From Vicinamibacterales bacterium (lineage in GTDB: Bacteria; Acidobacteriota; Vicinamibacteria; Vicinamibacterales; UBA8438): a DNA stretch of 64,000 nt. The notes beneath the pieces were generated by a model, which did not search any database, was not told the DNA's origin, and was given only the letters and a program-made list of their open reading frames with translations. Both the position numbers and the translations under genes were made by a program. This document shows positions 58,509 through 64,000 of this stretch, piece by piece (the first letter of the stretch is position 1; every line of letters begins with the position of its first letter). The stretch spans positions 143,394-207,393 of the forward strand of contig CBDAMZ010000008.1 of NCBI GenBank assembly GCA_965197375.1, written 5' to 3'.

Positions 58509-59251
58509 GCGAGGCGCAGGTGCAGAAAGAACTCCTGGTTGCCCCTGGCGCCCGTGATGGGTGATGGTGTCATCGCGCGTCGTTCCAATCCTACCTGACT
58601 GGCTGTGGCCGCCACCTCGCCTACGACACGCTGCTGCACGGCCGGATCAGTAACCAGTCCCTTCCTGGTGACTTCGCGACGGCCTGCCTCGAATTGCGGC
58701 TTGACCAACGCCACGATATCGCCGCCTGGTCGCAAAAGTGGCGGCACCACTCTGACGATCAACGCGAGCGAAATAAAAGAGACGTCGATCGTGACCAGAT
58801 CAAATTGCCGCAAATCGCGTGGCAGTAGGTCGGGCTCCAAATGCCGTGCGTTGATTCCTTCGAGCACGACAACCTGCGGGTCGTGTCGAAGCTTCCAGGC
58901 GAGCTGTCCCTGCCCGACATCAAGCGCGACGACACGAGCAGCCCCACGCTGCAACAGCGCGTCGGTGAAGCCACCGGTCGACGCGCCGATGTCGAGCGCC
59001 ATCCGGCCTCCGACCGACAGGTCGAACGTGTCCAGGGCGTGTGCAAGTTTGACACCTCCGCGGCCGACATACGGATGGTCAGGTCGGTCAAGCGTAATCC
59101 GCGCGTTGGTGAAGACAAGAGCTCCCGCTTTCGAAACGACGACATCATCCACACGGACCTGGCCGGCCAGGACGACCGCCCTGGCGCGCGCTCGCGTGTC
59201 AGCGAGGCCTCGCTCGACGACGAGCGTATCCAGTCGCATGCGCCGCGCCAT
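58496..59251 (-). CDS. tlyA: TlyA-family 16S/23S rRNA (cytidine-2'-O)-methyltransferase
   Basis: 251 aa; S4 domain MRLDTLVVERGLADTRARARAVVLAGQVRVDD; DIGASTGGFTDALLQRGAARVVALDVG. Confidence 0.9.
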   Translation of the reverse strand: MARRMRLDTLVVERGLADTRARARAVVLAGQVRVDDVVVSKAGALVFTNARITLDRPDHPYVGRGGVKLAHALDTFDLSVGGRMALDIGASTGGFTDALLQRGAARVVALDVGQGQLAWKLRHDPQVVVLEGINARHLEPDLLPRDLRQFDLVTIDVSFISLALIVRVVPPLLRPGGDIVALVKPQFEAGRREVTRKGLVTDPAVQQRVVGEVAATASQVGLERRAMTPSPITGARGNQEFFLHLRLACHL

Positions 59252-59254
59252 GCG

Positions 59255-60205
59255 TTAGAAGCTGCGGGCGAGCACCCAGTCGCCGATAGCACCAAGTTGG
59301 CCGCCGGGCGCCGCGTCTCGAAGCGCCGTCTTCGCCTCCACGATCGACCGCGCGGCCAACCGACGCGACTCGTCGAGGCCGTAGATGGATGGGTACGTCG
59401 GCTTGCCGGCAGCCGCGTCCTTGCCGGCTGTCTTCCCGAGCTCCTCCGCGGCACCTTCGACATCGAGGATGTCATCGACAATTTGGAAGGCCAGACCCAA
59501 GTGCGACGCGTAAGTATCGACGGAGGCGACGGTCGTCTCTGGTGCGCCAGCCATGATCGCACCAGCCACCGCCGCGGCGCGTATGAGCGCCCCCGTCTTG
59601 CGCGCGTGCATCGCGCGGAGACCTTCGCCGTCGAGTACCGCCCCGGCGCTGCCAACCACGCGGCTGGGTGCACGCACCTGTCCGGCGGCTAGCAGATCGA
59701 TCACTTGGCCACCCACCATGCCAACGACACCGGCAGCCCCGGCTATGCGGTCGATTGTGCGGAGCTTTCGCGCGACGATGGCGGGGTCGTCCGTTTCCGG
59801 AAAACGGGCCAGCACCCTGAACGCTTCCGTCACCAGGGCGTCGCCCGTGAGGATGGCAATCCCGTCGCCGTAGACAACGTGCGCGGTTGGCCGGCCCCGC
59901 CGTAACGTGTCGTTATCCATCGCCGGCAGATCATCGTGGATGAGCGAATACGTGTGGATCATCTCAATGGCACACGCCGCCGGCATCGCCAAGCTGTCGG
60001 TATCACCCCCGGACAAACCGGTCACGGCGTCACCCGCGGCCAAGGTCAGGATGGGTCGAAGCCGCTTGCCGCCGGCAAAGAGGCTGTAGCGCATCGCGTC
60101 GGCGATCAACGGCGGGGAGTCTGGCGGTGAGAGAAGCACGCCTTCGAGTGCGGCGTCGATCGCGTCGCGTCGCGACCGGAGATAATTGCCCAGGTCACTC
60201 GTCAT
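59255..60205 (-). CDS. ispA: Polyprenyl (farnesyl/geranylgeranyl) diphosphate synthase
   Basis: From ATG 60205 (ATGA overlap with the xseB stop): LIHDDLPAMDNDTLRRGRPT (FARM), GLAFQIVDDILD (SARM). Confidence 0.88.
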   Translation of the reverse strand: MTSDLGNYLRSRRDAIDAALEGVLLSPPDSPPLIADAMRYSLFAGGKRLRPILTLAAGDAVTGLSGGDTDSLAMPAACAIEMIHTYSLIHDDLPAMDNDTLRRGRPTAHVVYGDGIAILTGDALVTEAFRVLARFPETDDPAIVARKLRTIDRIAGAAGVVGMVGGQVIDLLAAGQVRAPSRVVGSAGAVLDGEGLRAMHARKTGALIRAAAVAGAIMAGAPETTVASVDTYASHLGLAFQIVDDILDVEGAAEELGKTAGKDAAAGKPTYPSIYGLDESRRLAARSIVEAKTALRDAAPGGQLGAIGDWVLARSF

Positions 60206-60459
60206 CAATCGGACCCGTCGGAGGGCATGTCGGCACCGGTAACTGACGCGGGAGCCGGGCGTGGCTCCCCGCGCTCGGTGAGCACTTCGATACGCCGTTC
60301 GGCCTTCTCGAGACGCGTATGGCAAAACCGCGATAGCTCAACACCCCGTTCAAACAGTTCCAGCGACTTCTCCAAGGGAAGCTGCCCGTCCTCCAACGTC
60401 TTTACGATCGATTCGAGTTCAGCGAGCGCCGATTCGAAGTCCTTGATTGTGGGGTTCAT
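60205..60459 (-). CDS. xseB: Exodeoxyribonuclease VII small subunit
   Basis: 84 aa; FESALAELESIVKTLEDGQLPLEKSLELFERGVELSRFCHTRLEKAERRIEVL. Confidence 0.9.
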   Translation of the reverse strand: MNPTIKDFESALAELESIVKTLEDGQLPLEKSLELFERGVELSRFCHTRLEKAERRIEVLTERGEPRPAPASVTGADMPSDGSD

Positions 60460-61844
60460 GACTCTGTTTTTCTGACCTCACACTCGAGCTCGCCGCGATG
60501 AAGTGTGACCCGTACCGTGTCTCCGGCTGTTACTGTCGATGCGTCACGTACGACGGTCGCGTGATTGCCGGTCCAGCAGAGAGCGTAGCCACGCGCCAGA
60601 ACCGCGAGTGGACTGAGCGCTTCGAGATGTCCGGCAAGCGTCTCGAGGTGTGTGTGGTGCGCCCGCCGCGCGTCGTGCATGCCACGAGCTAGGTGTTCGC
60701 GCGCCGCGGTGAGGCGCGTGCGGATCCGGCCGAGTTGGCGGCGTAGATCGAGAGCTTCCAGACGCAGTTGGAGCTCGTGGGCGTGACGTTCCCGCCTGGT
60801 GCCGACCCTACGGATGGCGTGGGTGAGCCGATGAGCCAGTTCGGCAGCGTGTCGGCCACGAAGCGCCAGACGAGCTGGCCAAGCGGCCAGACCCGGCCGG
60901 ATTTCGAGTGCATGCACTATAGCGCGTTGTCGTTCGAGGTGCATGCGCACGGCAGCCCTTAGTCGGGTAACGGCGCGGTCGATCCGGTCGGCTATCTCCC
61001 CCTTCCGCGTCACGACGACCTCCGCTGCCGCCGAGGGAGTCGGGGCTCTGACGTCGGCGACGAAATCGCTGATCGTGTAATCGGTTTCGTGACCGACCGC
61101 GCAGATGACCGGTACCGGAGACGCCCCGATCACTCGTGCCAGGCTCTCGTCGTTGAACGCCCAGAGATCCTCGATCGTGCCGCCTCCACGACCGACGATG
61201 ACGACGTCAACCGCTGGGATGCGCTGGAGCCGGTCGAGCGCGCGGACGATGTCGAGCGCGGCGCCTTCGCCCTGCACTCGCGTTGGGCTGATGACCACGT
61301 GCGCGTTCGGGTACCGCCGACGGAGCACCTTAATGATGTCACTAAGTGCCGCTCCGTCGAGCGATGTTACGACACCGATCTTACGTGGCAGCATCGGCAG
61401 CGGGCGCTTACGAGCTGCGTCGAACAGGCCCTCCTGTTCGAGCTTCCGTCTTACCTGATCGAACTCCAACTGCAAGGCGCCGAGTCCGTGGGGCTCCAGA
61501 TGTTCTGCAACGAGCTGATACTCACCTTTGGGCTCGTAGACGCTTACCCGACCGCGGGCGACGATGTGGAGCCCATCCTCCGGTTTGAAGCGGAGATACC
61601 GTAGTGCCGAACGAAACATCACTGCTCGGATCTGTGTATTACCGTCCTTCAGCGTGAAGTACAAGTGCCCCGTTTTCCACAGCCGGCAATTAGAAATCTC
61701 CCCCTCCACCCAGACCTCGGGGTACTTTGATTCGAGGATGACACGAATTGCGGTGGTTAGCTCGGTGACCGTGAACACCTGCCGTTCAGGCGTCTGCTGG
61801 ACGGATTGCGAATCTTCGAACGGCAGCTCGAACCGGTCAGTCAT
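60456..61844 (-). CDS. xseA: Exodeoxyribonuclease VII large subunit
   Basis: 462 aa; OB-fold FTVTELTTAIRVILESKYPEVWVEGEISNCRLWKTGHLYFTLKD; ...VGRGGGTIEDLWAFNDE.... Confidence 0.93.
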   Translation of the reverse strand: MTDRFELPFEDSQSVQQTPERQVFTVTELTTAIRVILESKYPEVWVEGEISNCRLWKTGHLYFTLKDGNTQIRAVMFRSALRYLRFKPEDGLHIVARGRVSVYEPKGEYQLVAEHLEPHGLGALQLEFDQVRRKLEQEGLFDAARKRPLPMLPRKIGVVTSLDGAALSDIIKVLRRRYPNAHVVISPTRVQGEGAALDIVRALDRLQRIPAVDVVIVGRGGGTIEDLWAFNDESLARVIGASPVPVICAVGHETDYTISDFVADVRAPTPSAAAEVVVTRKGEIADRIDRAVTRLRAAVRMHLERQRAIVHALEIRPGLAAWPARLALRGRHAAELAHRLTHAIRRVGTRRERHAHELQLRLEALDLRRQLGRIRTRLTAAREHLARGMHDARRAHHTHLETLAGHLEALSPLAVLARGYALCWTGNHATVVRDASTVTAGDTVRVTLHRGELECEVRKTES

Positions 61845-62692
61845 GATGTCAGCACCGTCTTGCGAGCAAGCGTTTCGATCTCCGAGGCCGAGAGGTCTAG
61901 CCGGTCGATGGCGCGCGCGCGACCCGTTGCCGGATCGGCGGTGACAATGACCGCGTTCAATCGACGGTTACCTGTCGCTGGTTCGAATCGTGTCGGCACG
62001 CCGTGAAGGAAACGCGGCAGGGCGGTGCTCGTATCGACACCGATAATCGAGTCATGGGGGCCGGTCATGCCCACATCGGTGATGTATGCGGTGCCTGCTG
62101 GCAAGACTCGCGCGTCGGCCGTTTGCACGTGGGTATGCGTGCCGAGCACCGCTGTGACTTGGCCGTCGAGGTGCCACGCCATGGCGAGCTTCTCCGACGT
62201 GGCCTCGGCGTGAAAGTCCACAATGATCAGGTGAGCTTCGTCACGAACGGCCGCGATCTCATCACGGACGACCCGGAATGGGTTGTCGAGTGGGTTCATG
62301 AAGATGCGCCCCATCAGGCTAATGACACCCACGTTGATGGTGGCGCCTCCGTTCACACGGGCAACGTAGTGCCCGCACCCCGGGACCCCGGCCGGGTAGT
62401 TGGCTGGGCGCAGTAGCCGCGGCTCGGTCTGGATGTAATCGAGCGCTTCCTTCTTGTCCCAGACGTGATTCCCGGTGGTCATGACGTGGACGCCGCAGTC
62501 GCGGATGGCTTCGGCAACGCCACGAGTGATCCCGGCGCCTCCGGCCGCGTTCTCGACGTTCGCGATCGTGAGATCGACACCATGATGCTCGACCAGCGAC
62601 GGCAGGGCCTGTCGCGTGATCTCACGGCCCGGCCTTCCGACGATATCGCCGATAAAGAGAATCTTCACTGCGGATAGATGTTCCACCATCAT
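61841..62692 (-). CDS. YmdB-like metallophosphoesterase (TIGR00282 family)
   Basis: From ATG 62692: KILFIGDIVGRPGREI...IANVENAAGGAGIT...TTGNHVWDKKE...DFHAEATSEK...GTHTHVQTAD. Confidence 0.88.
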   Translation of the reverse strand: MMVEHLSAVKILFIGDIVGRPGREITRQALPSLVEHHGVDLTIANVENAAGGAGITRGVAEAIRDCGVHVMTTGNHVWDKKEALDYIQTEPRLLRPANYPAGVPGCGHYVARVNGGATINVGVISLMGRIFMNPLDNPFRVVRDEIAAVRDEAHLIIVDFHAEATSEKLAMAWHLDGQVTAVLGTHTHVQTADARVLPAGTAYITDVGMTGPHDSIIGVDTSTALPRFLHGVPTRFEPATGNRRLNAVIVTADPATGRARAIDRLDLSASEIETLARKTVLTS

Positions 62693-62870
62693 GGCACAAC
62701 TGGTTGAGCGGGATCGATGTCTTCGGTCGAGATTGCTGTTCTGGGGCATCCACGCCGTTGTGGCAGGCGCTTCAGGCCTTGAACGACGCGGCCAGAGAGC
62801 TGAGCCTCACATCATTTGGAGGTGGTGGCGGGTCGACTTCTTCGTGAACTTTCGCGTATTCTAGTGCGTC

Positions 62871-63191
62871 ATGGGTGATGAGAACGAAGTCCTCGGAGCT
62901 AAACTCGTTTCGGAGGCCGTGGCTGCACCGGAGGCCGATACGGACCCGGAGTGGGCGCCGACGTCGCCCATTGAGAGCCGGTTTCTCTTTGTGGGCGTGG
63001 CGGCGCAGCGGGCCAAGCAGCTCCGCCGGGGCGCGCTCCCGCGGTTGCGGGTGCTGGCACCAGATCCCGAAACAGGTATTTGTCCCGAACCGCAGCAAAA
63101 GCTTGAGCGGATCGCGATGGAAGAAGTAGAAGCCGGCTTGATTGTCCATGAGCTTCCCGGTGAGAAGCCGTCAGCTAAGAAAGTCTCGTGA
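62871..63191 (+). CDS. rpoZ: DNA-directed RNA polymerase subunit omega (with N-terminal extension)
   Basis: 106 aa; ...IESRFLFVGVAAQRAKQLRRGALPR......KLERIAMEEVEAGLI matches the omega core consensus. Confidence 0.78.
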   Translation: MGDENEVLGAKLVSEAVAAPEADTDPEWAPTSPIESRFLFVGVAAQRAKQLRRGALPRLRVLAPDPETGICPEPQQKLERIAMEEVEAGLIVHELPGEKPSAKKVS

Positions 63192-63457
63192 GTCTGTTAG
63201 AGGTTCAGTCGATTGCGGCGGGAGCGCTGCAGGCACTCATCGTGTCAACGGCATTCCTGCTGGCGCTTTTTCTGGGGTTCATTGTGCTCGTTGGTTTCTC
63301 AAAGTTTCGTCGCGCTGGCCGCAACAAGCTCGTCGTGCGCGACCTCGCCGAGCGTATGGGGAGTGCTTTTTCGTACCTTCCACCGGATGCCCCGCGTGGT
63401 CCCGCCGATCAGCTCAAGACCCCTGAACTTTTGGAGCAGGCCGGTCATAAAGAATAG
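63188..63457 (+). CDS. Hypothetical small single-pass membrane protein
   Basis: GTG start overlapping the rpoZ stop (GTGA); 89 aa with one hydrophobic helix ALQALIVSTAFLLALFLGFIVLVGF followed by KFRRAGR. No family recognised. Confidence 0.45.
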   Translation: MSLLEVQSIAAGALQALIVSTAFLLALFLGFIVLVGFSKFRRAGRNKLVVRDLAERMGSAFSYLPPDAPRGPADQLKTPELLEQAGHKE

Positions 63458-63602
63458 CGAGCCTTGCCCCCAAGGCGGCGCTGGACTTCTCAGCGGATAG
63501 GTCACAGACTTCCGGCATTCTCCTTCCTCGCGCTTTGCAGTGGACGGACGCAACTTAACTCAGCGGGCCGTCGGTGTATCACCGTATTCACGAGAGGCAG
63601 CG

Positions 63603-64000
63603 CTAAACGACGACGTTGGGTGGCCGCTCCCGCCACCAGGGGACCTCGTGCTCGAACGCATCTCCCAGGCGGAGCAGTGTCGTCTCGTCGAACGGTCGTC
63701 CCGTGAGCTGGATCCCGATCGGCAGACGAGCTTTCGTGAATCCCCCGGGAAGACTTATGGCCGGCAGTCCAGTCAGGTTGGCGCTGACGGTAAAAACATC
63801 GCCGAGATACATCGCAAGTGGGTCATTTGTCCGCTCGCCGAGGCGAAACGCTGGTGTGGGGGTCGTCGGCATCGCCAGGGCATCGACCCTCGCGTCGCGG
63901 AACGCGGCATCGTAGTCTTGACGGATGAGACTTCGCACGCGCTGCGCTTTTGCATAATAAGCATCGTAATACCCGGCGCTGAGTGCGTAGGTGCCAAGCA
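63603..64000 (-). CDS. gatA: Asp-tRNA(Asn)/Glu-tRNA(Gln) amidotransferase subunit A, C-terminal part (5' end outside window)
   Basis: The frame is open to the window edge: [33 protein letters not shown]...[17 protein letters not shown]...[28 protein letters not shown]...[13 protein letters not shown], the amidase/GatA C-terminal signature. Confidence 0.88.
   Translation of the reverse strand, partial: LGTYALSAGYYDAYYAKAQRVRSLIRQDYDAAFRDARVDALAMPTTPTPAFRLGERTNDPLAMYLGDVFTVSANLTGLPAISLPGGFTKARLPIGIQLTGRPFDETTLLRLGDAFEHEVPWWRERPPNVVV

Overview
The window is GC-rich bacterial chromosome, almost entirely core housekeeping genes. The gene content and the extended r-protein tails suggest an Acidobacteriota-like lineage, but that is inference only.

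**1-12.5 kb (+ strand).** This is the 3' part of the S10 operon plus the complete spc and alpha ribosomal-protein operons: rplV', rpsC, rplP, rpmC, rpsQ, rplN, rplX, rplE, rpsZ, rpsH, rplF, rplR, rpsE, rpmD, rplO, secY, adk, map, rpmJ, rpsM, rpsK, rpsD, rpoA, rplQ. infA is missing from its usual slot.

**12.5-16.1 kb.** A small non-core patch holds a frameshifted asnB, an uncharacterised SAM methyltransferase, an AT-rich stretch and a decayed IS630-type transposase fragment.

**16-31 kb.** Genes here are an EF-G paralog, pdaD, an outer-membrane barrel protein, a VKOR-DsbA fusion, pilD, aroB, proS, an OmpA-family protein, tatAC and an S41 protease.

**31-64 kb.** smc is followed by the minus-strand rimP-nusA-infB-DUF503-rbfA-DHH phosphoesterase-truB-rpsO-pnp cluster. 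After that come asnS, a CYTH / NDP-sugar pyrophosphorylase / AmgK-like kinase operon, MidA, htrA and an M24 peptidase. A second decayed patch lies at 53.9-56.6 kb. The window then runs through a PLP dehydratase, nadK, tlyA, ispA, xseBA, a YmdB-like gene, rpoZ and the 3' end of gatA.

I found no rRNA, tRNA, CRISPR array, intact mobile element or recognisable defence or secretion island.

**Most noteworthy observations:**
- A previously unannotated ~215-nt intergenic element occurs in two diverged copies. Each begins exactly at the stop codon of the upstream gene.
- The window has an unusual density of gene relics: FtsX permease, ABC ATPase, archease, alpha-glucan phosphorylase, IS630 transposase and a frameshifted asnB.
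- nusA carries a near-identical 255-nt tandem duplication.
- The spc operon has unusually long, structured spacers around rpsZ.

All functional calls come from reading the translated ORFs against remembered family motifs. No database search was run.
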